From Raja brachyura (Eukaryota): a stretch of 64,000 bases of DNA. The translations under genes and the position numbers were made by a program. The notes below the pieces were generated by a model that was not told the DNA's origin, ran no database searches, and worked only from the letters and a program-made list of their open reading frames with translations. The stretch lies in NCBI GenBank assembly GCA_963514005.1, contig OY740821.1, positions 14,880,001 through 14,944,000 of the forward strand, in the 5' to 3' direction. Each line of letters opens with the position of its first letter. Positions within the stretch are counted from its first letter, which is position 1. Of this stretch, positions 51,101 to 64,000 are shown in pieces.

Positions 51101-52982
51101 GCATTTTGAGTGTTGTTCGGGTGGCACACATCCACACAACTGGAGAATATTCCCTCATATTGTTGAAACAGTAGTGTTAGAAAAATCATGGGGTATCAGG
51201 AGTTGAGTCGCTTGCTGCATCTTATGCAACTTCAGACCTGCTCTTGCAGCCATGGTCTTTATTCAGTTGGTCCAGCTACATTTCTGGTCAGTGGTGACCC
51301 CCAGAATAACTACTCATACCTACCTACTCATGATGTTCAAAAGTATGACCATCATGAATCCACCATCACCAATTTTTACTGAAGCCAATTATCCTACAAA
51401 CCCACACGGTCACAGGGGGAACGTGCAAACTCTGTACAGACAGCACATGTAGTCAGGATCGAATCGTAGTCTCTGGCGCTGTAGGGCAGTAGCTCTACTG
51501 CTAACCACTGTTAACTGTTTTTCTTTCCACAGATGCTGCCTGATCTGGTGAGTTTTGTGTTTGTGTTCACATTTTGAGCTTTTATTCCAAATAGACTTAC
51601 TCAGCCATATCTTACTTGTGAAATGGCAGATGCTTTTCATCTTGGAGTGAGTTAATCAGGGTAATTTGGGGGTACGCTCTGCATATACTGTGTGCCACCT
51701 TCTAACAATAATCAGTTTGAGTTTAGGCTCCCATTCTATCCTCTCACAGAATGGTTGATGGATTAACAAATCTCTTGCCCACTGTCCAGAGAGAGAAAAT
51801 TCCTCATTGATATCTGTGTCATCCCAGTTCAGGGTTAATGCTGTTTTTGAGTTTATCCTTGTTGCATTTTCCTCTTATTTACCCTGTCACATGGCCATAC
51901 AGCAAATAAAACATCTAACCAGACAAGTTAATCGCCAGCAGGAGACTTAACAAATCTCCAGAGGCCTGATTTATGATGCCTCAAAAGCCAAGTTCCATTT
52001 TCATTGTTGAATATTTACAGGTGTTTTAGGAATTCATACTGCAATGCCATACATTTATAACTACTGGCAGGGCCCAGACTATTGATTCAGGGATACGAGT
52101 TCAAAACTCACTATAGCAGCTGGGGAATTTCAATTCAGTCAATTACATAAATTTAGAATTAAAAGCCAGTCTTTGTAATAGTGACCATCAATTTGCTGGT
52201 TCACCAATGTCCATTGCGGGAGGAAATGCGCCATTCTTCTCCGAGCAGGCTTCTATAGGACACCAGACTCTCAGAATATGATCGACTCTTCACTACCTTG
52301 TGGAATGATCTAGCCAACGACTCAACTCAATGTACAATTGAGGATGGGAAGTGAATTTTGTTTTAGATTTCCAACTTCTGTAGTATTTTAGTCCAAATGT
52401 TCAGAGAGAGCTTGACAGGGTACATGCCATTCAACTGGTTGCCCCTCACATGAAAATTCAACTGGTTCCCCCTCAGATGGAATTATTTCAGGATTAGGAA
52501 TGGCCACTTGAGACTGAGATGAGGGACTTGTTCTCTCAAGATGGTTAGCCTTCAGAATGGTTTCACTTTGGAGAGCTACTGACTTTTTCCACGACTGAGT
52601 TAGATTTTGGAGATGGCAAAATCAGCCTGGGAAGTGGAGTTGATGCAATGATCAAACTAGCCAGGATCTTACTGAATGGGAGAGGAGACATGAGAGTCCT
52701 AATGGCAGATTCCAGGTCTGATTTCATATGTGGCTGTCGAAAGCAAATCTTAATTCGTGATGTAGAAACAAGGAACTGCAGGTGCTGGTTTACACAAAAG
52801 GACACAAAGTGCAGGAGTAACTTCAAGAAGTACCCCAAACCGAAATGTTGCATATCAATGTTCTTAAAACAAATAAATGTTTGGGTCATATGTGAGTAAA
52901 ATACAATCTAACCATTCCTGCTGTTATCTACAGTTATTCGTTGCATACAAATGCATCATGAAATATGTATGAGCAGATTTTC

Positions 52983-53335
52983 TTTTTTTTTACACTTTAG
53001 TTTTTATTGCTTTTATGTATACACAAATAAAACACAAATATAACAATGAAACATACAACATTACAGTGAAATGTACAAGTGTAGTGGAGGGTTCAGTTTA
53101 CAATTAATGATGCCGTATACTGAACTATTTTCATATTAAAACATTTTCCAGTAACTTACATTATTGTCTATAAAATTATTCAGTGTTGATGTCTTTATTT
53201 CTATACCTAATCCATTTTTCCCATTTTCTATTAAACTAGTCTTCTTTCACTCTTAGAGAATATGTCATTTTCTCCATGACAAATATTTCCTGTACTATGT
53301 CTAACCATTGTCTAAGTCTGGGTGTGTCCGCTCCA
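52983..53335 (-). mobile_element. 5'-truncated L1-clade LINE insertion
   Basis: Minus strand encodes PRLRQWLDIVQEIFVMEKMTYSLR...FNRKWEKW (L1-type ORF2 C-terminus), then AATAAA and an A-rich tail. TSD AGCAGATTTTC at 52972-52982 and 53336-53346. Confidence 0.82.
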
Positions 53336-53856
53336 AGCAGATTTTCAAAGTGACATGGTCTGCTTTAATAGAATGACATTTGTCCAACTGAACAGGGGTA
53401 ATTAAGGTCGAATAAGATTGCGGGGAGCAAAAATAATAGCTGCTTAGAGTTAACAAGCACAATGGGATTGTCAAGAGAGCAAATGTATGCTAATATTTGA
53501 CAAAGTTAGTCAATTTTTCTAATTGTTTCTAGCAAGTTAGTCATCCTGCAAAATTCAATCGCACGAAAGGAAGGGCATGAAAACCGTTTCCCTCAAAATC
53601 CTATTGAGGTAACTATTGGATGGACATGGTATGTTGAGCTCTCTGTAATAGTTTCTTACTTCATCAATCATTACTCCTCCCAGCAAATCCACCATTAGCA
53701 GTGAGATCTTAAGTTATTTTGCCTCCATTTGAAGTTCTCTCTCATCAGCTTTTATCTTACTGCCTATTTAAGTGCCAACTTTCCAGGTTTGTCCTGGAGT
53801 CTCTCACAACCAAAGAGTCCATGGGGTGCACGATGACACCCACCATCACTACAGTG

Positions 53857-54160
53857 CAGCACGGTGGCGCAGTGGTAGAGTTGCTGTCTTACAGTTCCAG
53901 AGACCCCGGTTTGATCCTAACCTCAGGTGCTGTCTGTACGGAGTTTGTATGTTCCCCTGTGACCAGCATGGGTTTTCTCCGGGTGTTCCGGTTTCCTCCC
54001 ACACTCCAAAGATATACAGGTTTGTAGGTTAATTGCCTTTGGTAAAGATTGAAAATGGTCCCTAGTGTGTAGGATAGTGTTAGCGTATGGGGTGATCGCT
54101 GGTTGATGCGGACTTGGTGGGCCGAAGCGCCTGTTTCCGCACTGTATCTCTAAACTAAAC
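53857..54160 (+). mobile_element. tRNA-derived V-SINE (HE1-like), full length
   Basis: A-box TGGCGCAGTGG, B-box GGTTTGATCC, V-like core, CTAAACTAAAC tail. Confidence 0.85.
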
Positions 54161-56244
54161 CCACTATCATGCATTACCCCCAAACATCCCCCCCAAGAAA
54201 TTCACCTTATTCATCCCCTGATAGACTCAATGGAATCGATACCGAGGCTTCATACAGGTTCCAATATTGGCTTTATAACAGTCCAAAATGCAAAAGGAAG
54301 CGAGTTTGAGTACCTGGAAAAGATGATGTTTTGGGAGTTGTAGAACTAGGGTAATATGCAGCTCTGCCTATGCAGCACAGGTTGCAGTGAAGCATTGCAG
54401 CATCCCACTGACAATGCCAAGTACCAGCCTAGGCTGGTGCCAGTGTCCACATATCAATCACCCCTACCCCTGGGACTACAACACAGTCTTCATTTGGGTG
54501 GTTGAGTTCTGGCAAGTGAAGGGGACCTTGACTGGAACACGACACCAAAGAATAGCTATGATATTGTCTGATATTATCAAGACCAACTGGAATAAATAAG
54601 AGCATTGGAAAGAGGACGGTTAAAGGCACAGGACGACCTATGTTCAGCCACTCTAGGAAGCTCTTCCAAGCTAAATATTCATCATACTGGGGAAATACTG
54701 CATCATACTGAGGGCAGATTGCAATGATTAACGTGCAACTCAGAGATTCCCTCCTAGGGAATAGAAATCCGTTGCTCAGTTTCATGCCAATAGCTTTCAA
54801 TGTCTCATTAGTTAACAAAATTGGATAATTTGTGTTCTCGTCAGCTACTGTTTCTTAGCCTTTTATGCAGGAAATGGTTCATTTTCTCTGTTAATGAGAA
54901 ATGAAGAGCAGTTTGCTGAATGCTTCCTGTGCTCTGAAAGCTTGATACATTAACATAACTTTAAAATCTTGATATCATATTTATATGCTGCCAATCGTCT
55001 GGGAATGCCGAGGAATTTCAAGGCTTCAACTTTTCAATCCCATTTCAAGGCTTCCTGTTTCAATGCTTCAACTTTGGAGAATTCAGAGAGAATTTGTAGA
55101 AACTGTAGGAGCTCAGTGTGTCAGGCAGCATCAGTGGAGAGAATGGACAGACAATACATCAGGTTGGGACCCTTCTTCATAAATATTCCCACTCCAAAAC
55201 GTTGCCTGTCCATTCCCTCCACAGATGCCACCTGACCTGCTGAGTTCCTCCAGCACTTTGCATTTTGCTCAGAATTGCAGCATCCGCAGATTCTCATGTC
55301 TCCAATTTATTTTTACAGGATAGCTATGGGGGAGGTGTTTTCCCTGTCTGAGATGTCTAACTCCAAGATTTAGAGCCTCAAAGTATATTTAGAAATCCCT
55401 GCTTCAGTCCTGGTGATCAAAACAAGGTATTTGAACCATGGAGGCAAGATTGCAGACAGTCACCACATTAATCCCTAACCTCAGAGCAAATTAGTTCAAC
55501 AGCTTAACTTTGTTAGGTTTGTCCAGAGGTTTTTAAGAATAACTAGTAGACATCCAAAGATGGAGCATTTGTAAAGATGATCCAGCCTATATGAGGAAAG
55601 CTTCACTATCAGTTGGGATCTCTGGACCACAATACCAAGAAGCGTCACTCTGGTTGATAGTGCAGACTCCACAAAACCGTAATGGCTCTTTTAACTGAGT
55701 ACTGCTGCCAAGTATGTGATGAGATCAGGTTAAAAATGTAATTTCCTAATTTCACACATCACAGATTGACTAAGTGCATACTGCTGAACTACGAGTTCCA
55801 TTCAGTCAGATTTGTTTTTAATATCCTCCATTGATGAAGTTCATTCAATGACAGAGAATTGAATGGTTCTTTCTCTCCACTGGGAGCTTTCTACCTGAGC
55901 TTTTTGTTATTTTGAGACACTGCTTCTATGGGCTAGAACTGGAACTGATGTTTGTGATCTGAATGCCAAGATTTCTTCCTTTTGCTTTTGTTTGAAGATA
56001 GAACCTGTGATTCCCATTGCCAAATAAATGGAAACACAGCTAGCTCTGTAGTTTTTCAAGTAAGACCTCTCCCTCTCTTTCCTCCTCTTTTTAAAACTTA
56101 ACTCTTTGACTTTATCTCTTCATTTTGATGTTTTTAATCCTGATAACCCTTAAGCTATGCTAAATTTTGTTGTTTGTTCTTAGTCAAGAACAATTCAATT
56201 TAAAAATTCTCATTTTGCTTTGCAATCCATTCCTAGTTTCTCAT

Positions 56245-56352
56245 CTCCCTATTTCTGGAATATTCTCCACCCCAATTTTCTCCCCTCCCGATTTCTAGAA
56301 TATTCTCCAGCCCTAGTCCCTCCCCTTTCCTATTTAGGAATATTCTCCAGCC
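56245..56352. repeat. Three-copy 40-bp tandem repeat containing HSE-like motifs
   Basis: TTTCTGGAATATTCT at 56252, TTTCTAGAATATTCT at 56292, and AGGAATATTCT at 56336. Confidence 0.8.
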
Positions 56353-56859
56353 TCTACTAACAACCAAGATATCTGGTCTATTACAAGTTAGAGGCAGATG
56401 TGGTCAAATAATAAAATAGTTAATAGTCCAAAATGAAAGTGGGACAAAAGTAAGACAAAGTCTGGGGAAGATACGGATGGGGGAAGAAGAATCATTATCT
56501 GAAATAATACTGTGAAAGCTGGGATGCTATAATTAAATTGCCAGTTACCTGAAATCACCGAGCTCGGTGTACTCGACTAGCAGAGGATGCGTTGTTCTTT
56601 GAGCTTACAAAACTTATCTGGAACAGTGGAGGAGGTCCAGATGGTTGTCGGAGCAGAATGGGGGATTAACATGACATTAAAGGACCATTAACCCTGTTTC
56701 TCTCTCTCGCTCTCTCTGTACAGACGCTGCCTGACCGACTGAACGTTTCCAGCGCCTACAATATATATTTTTTAAATCTATGACACAAAATATAGTCACT
56801 TTCCCCCCCCCTGCAAGAAACAAGTGCCACTTTTATGCCTCTGCTTGTGTGGGACAGCG

Positions 56860-57016
56860 AGCGACAGCCCATCACCACAGCAACGGGCTGCTAGAGCCGC
56901 TCACGTGGCCTGGGCGGGAGCGCGCTGATGACGTATTTTGGGCGCGCGAGGCAGCGCGAGTTTCCCTTCCGAGCGAAAACCGGGCTGCTGTTCGTCTCCT
57001 CACGGAATCGGCGGGA
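56860..57016 (+). promoter_or_regulatory. CpG-rich METTL1 promoter
   Basis: E-box CACGTG at 56902-56907, GC box GGGCGGG at 56912, CRE half-site TGACGT at 56929, directly upstream of the ATG. Confidence 0.65.
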
Positions 57017-57096
57017 ATGGCGGTGCCGGCTCCTCAGAAACGTTATTATCGACAGCGCGCTCACTCCAACCCGATGGCCGATCACTCCTTCGATTA
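57017..57096 (+). CDS. METTL1: METTL1 coding exon 1
   Basis: [27 protein letters not shown], the conserved Trm8/METTL1 N-terminal motif. Donor TA|GTGAG at 57097. Confidence 0.95.
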
Positions 57097-57300
57097 GTGA
57101 GCAATAGTTGTGGAGGGGGAGGTGTAATTGGGGAATTATGGATGTGGGAAGGGAGGGGGTGTGCAAGAGGGCGAGGAAGGGTAGGGGGAAGAGGAATGTG
57201 TGAAAAGGATGGGGGGGAAATAATCCTCCTTTATAGGATGGAGATGGTAGTTCATTGAGGATGCGATTTGTTTTATTTTCTTGTGTGTGTGTGTCTCCAG

Positions 57301-57467
57301 CCCCGTTAAGCCCGAGGAAATGGATTGGTCTCAGTACTACCCTGAATACATCAAGCCACTTTCTGAGAAAGATCATCACGACGATGAGAAAGATATGACC
57401 GACAAAAATAATTTAAAGTTTCAGGTGGAATTTGCAGACATTGGATGTGGCTATGGAGGCCTACTGG
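57301..57467 (+). CDS. METTL1: METTL1 coding exon 2 (SAM-binding motif I)
   Basis: AG at 57299-57300. Encodes PVKPEEMDWSQYYPE...VEFADIGCGYGGLL. GT at 57468. Confidence 0.97.
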
Positions 57468-57819
57468 GTGAGAGTGTGTTACTGGAGCAATGTTCTTTGC
57501 ATATATTTTATCGGGATTTCAATATGGCCTTTGATAATCGACTAATGAATAAGGTTCGAGAAGGTGGAGTCGGGGGGCAAGTAGCAGAATGGATTACTAG
57601 CTAACTTAAAGATAGAAAGCACGGAGTGGGAGTACAGGGTAACTATTCAATGGAATACAATTAACCATCAGAGATGAGTGCTGGGGATGACACCATTCAG
57701 TTTATATTAACAGGGCAAAGAAGGCAAAAACCATGTATAGGAAAGTTGGGTGAGGGCCTGGGTGGACCATAAACAACAGCATGAACTGGTTGGACTGACA
57801 AGCCTATTTTTGTGCTGAA

Positions 57820-58118
57820 CATTTAGTTTTAGATTAGTTTTAGAGATGCAGCGTGGAAACAGGATCTTTGGCCCATTGAGTCCGTGCTGGCCAGTGATCA
57901 CCCAACACTAGTTCTATCCTATACAGTAGGGACAATTTAAAGAAACCAATTAACCAACAAACCTGCATGTCTTTGGAATGTGGGAGGAAACCGGATCACC
58001 TGGAGAAAATCTACGCAGTCACACGGAGAACATACAAATTCCGTACAGACAGCATCTGTAGTCAGAATCGAACCTGGGTCTCTGGTGCAATAAGGCAGCA
58101 ATTCTACCGCTGCACCAC
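57820..58118 (-). mobile_element. V-SINE (HE1-like) in METTL1 intron 2
   Basis: Reverse complement of the same SINE as 53857-54160. Confidence 0.8.
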
Positions 58119-58539
58119 ATTCTGCAGGGAATATCATTAACTAAAATAGTTACGTTTGGGTTGAATCTGGAAGGGAGCATATAGTTTACAGTATGGAAAC
58201 TGGCCTTTCAGCCCAACTCATCCACACCAGCCATGTTTTATAACTGGGTTAGTCACATTGGCCTAGTGTGGTGTGGGCTGTGATCCAACACAGTTGTCAC
58301 TCAGTTTTGTTTTAATGTCACTTGTTTTAGTCACCTGTGATACCCTCGAGATGCTCTTTTAGTGCTACATTAAGCCGATTATCCTCGATCCTGCAGAGAT
58401 CTTGTGTGCTTCATTTGTATCAGGTGGAGGGTGGGAAACATTGCAGGTAGTATTGTTTGGCGCTTGGCTTAAATTGGTGTTTTACAAAAGTTCTGAATTC
58501 CAGGAAATTCAGCACCAAAACCAGGCTCAACACTAATGA

Positions 58540-58836
<297 letters not shown>

Positions 58837-58935
58837 TGAGGGGAAAGACTTAATAGGAACCTGAGGGGCATGTTTTTCCACACAGGGGGTGGTGGGTATA
58901 TAGAATGAGCTGCCGGAGGAGTAGTTGAGGCGGGT

Positions 58936-59582
58936 AGATACAAAATGTTGGAGTAACTCAGAGGGACAGGCAACATCTCTGGAGAGAAGGAATGAGTGTC
59001 GTTTCGGGTTGAGACCCTTCTTCAGACTGATGTCAGTGGAGTGAGCGGGGCAGAGATAGAATGTACTCGGAGGCAGTAAGACTGGTGGGAGAACTGGGAA
59101 GGGGAGGGGGTGGAGAGAGAGGGAAAGCAAGGGCTATTTGAAGTTAAAGACGTCGTAATGTTCATACTGCTGGGGTGTAAGCTACCCAAGCAAAATTTGA
59201 GATGCTGTTCCTCCAAATTGCGCTGGGCCTCACTCTGACAATGGAGGAGGCCCAGGACAGAAAGGTCAGATTGGGAATGGGAGGGAGAGTTAAAGTTCTG
59301 AGCATCCGGGAGATTAGGTTGGTCTCTGCGGAAAGCAGAAAGGGGTGGAGGTGGGAAAATGTGGCCAGCAGTGGGATCCCGTTGGAGGTGACGAAAATGT
59401 TGGAGGATTATATGCTGCACGCGACGGCTGATGGGGTGGAAGATGCGGACAAGGGGGCCTCTGTCCTTGTTACGAATAGGGGGAGGGGAGCAAGAGCGGT
59501 GCTGCGGGATATCGAGGAGACCCTAGTGAGAGCCTCATCTATAATGGAAGAGGGGAACCCCTGTTTCCTAAAGAATGAGGAC
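58936..59582 (-). mobile_element. Penelope-like element fragment with an internal deletion, in METTL1 intron 3
   Basis: Homologous to 23113-24301 (HIILQHFRHLQRDP...LSVLGLLHCQSEAQRNLEEQHL). TSD AGTTGAGGC(G/A)GGT at 58923-58935 and 59583-59595. Sits inside a CR1 fragment. Confidence 0.88.
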
Positions 59583-60196
59583 AGTTGAGGCAGGTTCTAT
59601 AACGGCATTTAAAAGACATTTGGACAGGTAGGAAAGATTTAAAGGAAGATCAACTATTGATCTAGGCGCAAGTTCAAATTATACCAGAGCAGCTGTGGAT
59701 TTCTATTTTATGAAATCTGCAATTAAAATGAGAGGTTGTGGGATATTTTGCATCAACCCAAGGTGGCAGAACAGGACTCAATTTAATGTTTAAGGGGCCA
59801 CTCGCTGCACCCGCTCGTTGCTGTAGCTAGTTTTGATTGTCTATCCAGGCCCATGTGGCGGCAGTGGTGTGCTGTGTTGTTATAAAAATTCATCTGGTTC
59901 AGCAATATCAGTTAGGAAAGGAAATCAGTGACCTGGCTTCTATGTGACTCTCAGCCACCTGCCGAAATGGCCAAGTAAGTTGCTCAGGTCAGAGCCACGT
60001 AGGAACAGGCATTAAATGTTACCTTTGCTAGTGATGCTCTTGCCCAACAAAATCTAAATTCTGGAGCTATTGTCCTAAACCATTATATTTTGAATTCCCA
60101 CCCAAGTGAATGTTTAGCCACTGGATATATTTAAGGTTGAGAATAGATTTTGTTTGCGAGTAAAGAGGTATAGGAGTTGAGCAGAAAAGTGAATGA

Positions 60197-60448
<252 letters not shown>

Positions 60449-60594
60449 TAATTGGAAGGTGTACACTACCAGGGTTTAATTGAGAGAAAGGTGCAAATGA
60501 AGTTCCCCATACATGTGGAATTTCTAAAAGAAAGAAGACTGCAAAAAAAAAACAAACATTAGTGCAAAAACTTAATTAGAGAAAAAACAAGTCC

Positions 60595-61020
60595 AACAGG
60601 TCGCTGGAATTTAGAAGATTGAGGGGGGATCTTATAGAAACTTACAAAATTCTTAAGGGGTTGGACAAGCTAGATGCTGGAAGATTGTTCCCGATGTTGG
60701 GGGAGTCCAGAACAAGGGGTCACTTATCCTTAGACAAAGGATAAGGGGGAATTCCTTTAGGACCGAGATGAGGAAAACATTCTTTACACAGAGAGTGGTG
60801 AGTCTCTGGAATTCTCAGCCACAGAGGGTAGTTGAGGCCAGTTCATTGGCTATATTTAAGAGGGCGTTAGATGTGGCACTTGTGGTTAAAGGGATCAGGG
60901 GGTATGGAGAGAAGGCAGGTACGGGATACTGAGTTGGATGATCAGCCATGATCACATTGAATGGCGGTGCAGGCTCGAAGGGCCGAATGGCCTACTCCTG
61001 CACCTATTTTCTATGTTTCT
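60595..61020 (+). mobile_element. CR1 3' fragment in METTL1 intron 4
   Basis: LEFRRLRGDLIETYKILKGLD...; 3' UTR ...GGGCCGAATGGCCTACTCCTGCACCTATTTTCTATG matches the 3' end of the 8445 element. Confidence 0.9.
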
Positions 61021-61538
61021 AAGAGCAAGAGATGGACTGTAACATTCTGTTGCTATTATTCCGTATGCCCGTATATTCTTTCTTAAATAAGGACCAAATG
61101 TAGAATTTAGTATTTTGGATGAATCAGGCATTTATTGAGTTCTATAGCAAGTCCAGATCCAGTTGCTGGGCCCTGTTTTGCTGCTGTCCGTTAATTCTCC
61201 ATCTCCTGCTTTAAATGGCTCTGCCAGAGTGGGGGCATCTTCAGCTGTCTGGGTACAGTGCTCTGGAATTAGCTTCCTTGAACCTTTCTCATTTTTCTTT
61301 GATAATCCTGCTGTGCATCTTGGGATGATTTTATTTTGAGCTTTTAAGTTAATTGCAACTTATTGTAGCCCGATTGGGTTGTGGGGATAGTTATAACCCC
61401 TCAGTTAAGTTTTAAAAGGAGTCAAAGCTATTAAAATGGTGTAGTTTAATGAAATGACAGTGCTGTAATGGTCATATTTAATATTGTTACCCTGTGATTT
61501 TAAAAAATAAAAATGTATCTGCACTTTCTCCGCTTTAG

Positions 61539-61925
<387 letters not shown>

Positions 61926-62447
61926 TGAATCCTCCCCAGCGTTTGGCCGCTGAACTGCTTTCTATCAGCTGGTATTTTGCTCTGTCTATAGAAACCTACA
62001 CAAAGGATTCCACACTTTGTGTGGATAGAAAATCAGCTTGGATCTTGTGTCAGCTTGGATTTACATTCTAAAACCAATGATGTCTAGGTTCCCTGTGCCT
62101 GTGCAATATTAGGAATCTTGCATAAGTATGATTTGCAAATGTCAAATTAGAAAAGTCGGCGTCAGTTTTGTCAGCATGCTTAGCCACGTAGGCAATGCAC
62201 CCGTCCTGGGTTATTTCTTCCTGTTATATCATATTTATAGGAATATACTGTCACTTTGTGATCTTTTGCTGTGTTTGGAGGCAACGATTTTTTTTAGTTA
62301 TCGCTGCATGACTGTATTGCACTATCCCATTTCCACATTGGTGAGGGAGCACGTTGTCCTTTCCCCTTTAACGGTAGATGGAGATTGATCTTGGCAGCAA
62401 TGAGGGATACTTTTCTGAAGCCTATCTTTTTCTTTTATTTAAACCAG

Positions 62448-62594
62448 AAGGATGACATCATTATTGACCGTCTGGGTGTGTGCACAGAAGAAGGTAAAAA
62501 AGTATTGCGGAATGGCGGACAGAATTTTACTGCAGTATTCCGACGAATTGATGGGAAAAACATGAAGCTGACAAATGAAGGGAAAAAGTCCTGA
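62448..62594 (+). CDS. METTL1: METTL1 coding exon 6 (terminal)
   Basis: cAG at 62446-62447. Encodes KDDIIIDRLGVCTEEGKKVLRNGGQNFTAVFRRIDG...*. Joined CDS is 795 nt = 264 aa. AATAAA at 62755-62760. Confidence 0.95.
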   Translation, partial: KDDIIIDRLGVCTEEGKKVLRNGGQNFTAVFRRIDGKNMKLTNEGKKS

Positions 62595-63022
62595 GGAGAG
62601 CACTTCTTGCCTTGATTTTACAAAGACAGTTGAAAGGCGCGTTGCTCAGTTGGACAATACTGGGTGCCTTGTTTTAGCCTCAGCCACTGGGACACTGCAG
62701 CCACCGGTGAAGAATGCGCCACCTCTTTTTTACCAAAAGCATAAAGCGAGACAAAATAAATCTGAGCAAGTGTTAGTAACTATCACTGCGTGGTGGGTAG
62801 GTGTTTTGCTGTGCCAACAGAAGCATTGGAAATCTGTCTGCTTGTGCCATTTGTGAGATGTTCTATTTTATCCTTCAGTAAAAAGTGAGGAACACATCAT
62901 TATAATCACTCCTGTAGGAAATCCCGCTGAACAGTTTGCATCGCGAGTTATCACCATGGCTGTTTATTCTAGCAAGTTTGCATTGTTGCTGTGAGATTTG
63001 TGTGCAAACATGTTAGTTCAGA

Positions 63023-63168
63023 AATAGACACAAAAAGCTCTGAAGAAAGGTCTCGACCCGAAACGTCACCCATTTCTTCTCTCCAGAAATGCTGCATGTC
63101 ACGCTGAGTTACTCCAGCTTTTTGTGTCTTGTCTTCGGTTTAAACCAACATCTGCAGTTGCTTCTTAC
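63023..63168 (+). mobile_element. Penelope-derived non-autonomous short element with minimal hammerhead
   Basis: TSD ACATGTTAGTTCAGA at 63008-63022 and 63169-63183. Contains CTGAAGA-AAGGTCTCGACCC-GAAACGTC-ACC. Confidence 0.85.
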
Positions 63169-64000
63169 ACATGTTAGTTCAGAGACTTGCTTATACCCTA
63201 GCTTCTCGCACTGCTACAGAGACCACACTTCAGAAATAATTTAGCAGCTTTGGAGCATCTTGCAGTCATAAATAGTGATGCCTTTCTCTCTGCACCTAAG
63301 GGAATTTATCACACAGGCTCCAGGCTATGTTACTGTCCTAAATAATTTTGCCCTTTTTAACATAACTGTCTTGTGTGCCATCTACGATCTGTTATGGGAT
63401 CAACCAAGGCGAAAAGGTTGTGGGTTCAAATCCTATTTCAGACAACGAGCACAAAATCCAGGCTGGCTCTGTAGTGTGGAACAGAGTGATGCACTGTTGG
63501 AGGTTGCAAATGGTGATGTCTATAATCTAAATACAAATCCTCTGGCACCAAGGAGCATTATGCCACTGTGCTGGCCAACTTTCCTCCCTCTGCATTTGCA
63601 AAAAAAATGGATCATTGCTATCCATTTTGTTTGCCATTCATGGGATCTTGCAGTGCATAAGTGAACAGCTGCTTGTGCATATGCAACATTAACAGCATTT
63701 TGGATTTTAATTATGTTGCATTTTGCACCATCTTGAGGATGTAATGAGAAATTTCTTCATTTGTTTTTCCTTTCAACTTTATCTTTTATCTGAAAATTGT
63801 ATTAAAATTGACAGATCTTTTAGGAATAGCTATTTTTGAAACCAAATTTATCATCATGTGGCCTTCAATCTTAATCCAAGTCAAAATATATTTTATTCAT
63901 TATTCTCATTGGTTTCATTGAACAATTTTTGTATAAGCCAGGGTAGTCTTCCAGCACAGAGGCAGGCTGGAGAGACACGAGACAGAAGATGCTGGAATCT

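Noticed and set aside
52430-52485. 27-bp direct repeat TTCAACTGGTT.CCCCTCA.ATG.AA
   Set aside because: A simple two-copy slippage duplication within an old LINE relic; no further structure.
53857-53930. tRNA gene
   Set aside because: The A and B boxes are SINE heads that run on into a V-domain and LINE-type tail; there is no complete acceptor stem.
56780-57016. 79-codon N-terminal extension of METTL1 from the upstream ATG
   Set aside because: It runs through the promoter motifs and a repeat-derived flank with no similarity to METTL1 orthologs; ATG 57017 has a good context (GGAATGG).

Overview
Repeat-rich vertebrate genomic DNA. The HE1/V-SINE, Deu-domain SINE, CR1 and Penelope-like content points to a cartilaginous fish, probably a skate or ray (inference). 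It holds two complete spliced protein-coding genes on the + strand: MARCHF9 (4 coding exons, 17083-44627, 354 aa RING-CH E3 ligase) and METTL1 (6 coding exons, 57017-62594, 264 aa tRNA m7G46 methyltransferase). The rest is mostly transposon relics: CR1, Rex1/Babar, L1, Penelope-like, Gypsy, Tc1 and Harbinger-like fragments. The main finding is a ~140-bp retroposon in three TSD-flanked copies (5291, 10911, 12972 minus). It has no tRNA head. Its first 54 nt fold by eye into a minimal HDV/CPEB3-like self-cleaving ribozyme whose G1 is the element's 5' end, followed by a 3' stem-loop and a (GAA)n tail. Also present: many Penelope-derived short elements with minimal hammerhead cores, a bipartite RTE-derived SINE, a tandem duplication that gives paired empty and filled insertion sites, a start-stop element abutting the MARCHF9 ATG, and an HSE-like tandem repeat upstream of METTL1. 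Family and gene assignments come from recalled consensus sequences, not database searches; repeat boundaries are approximate unless a TSD is given.
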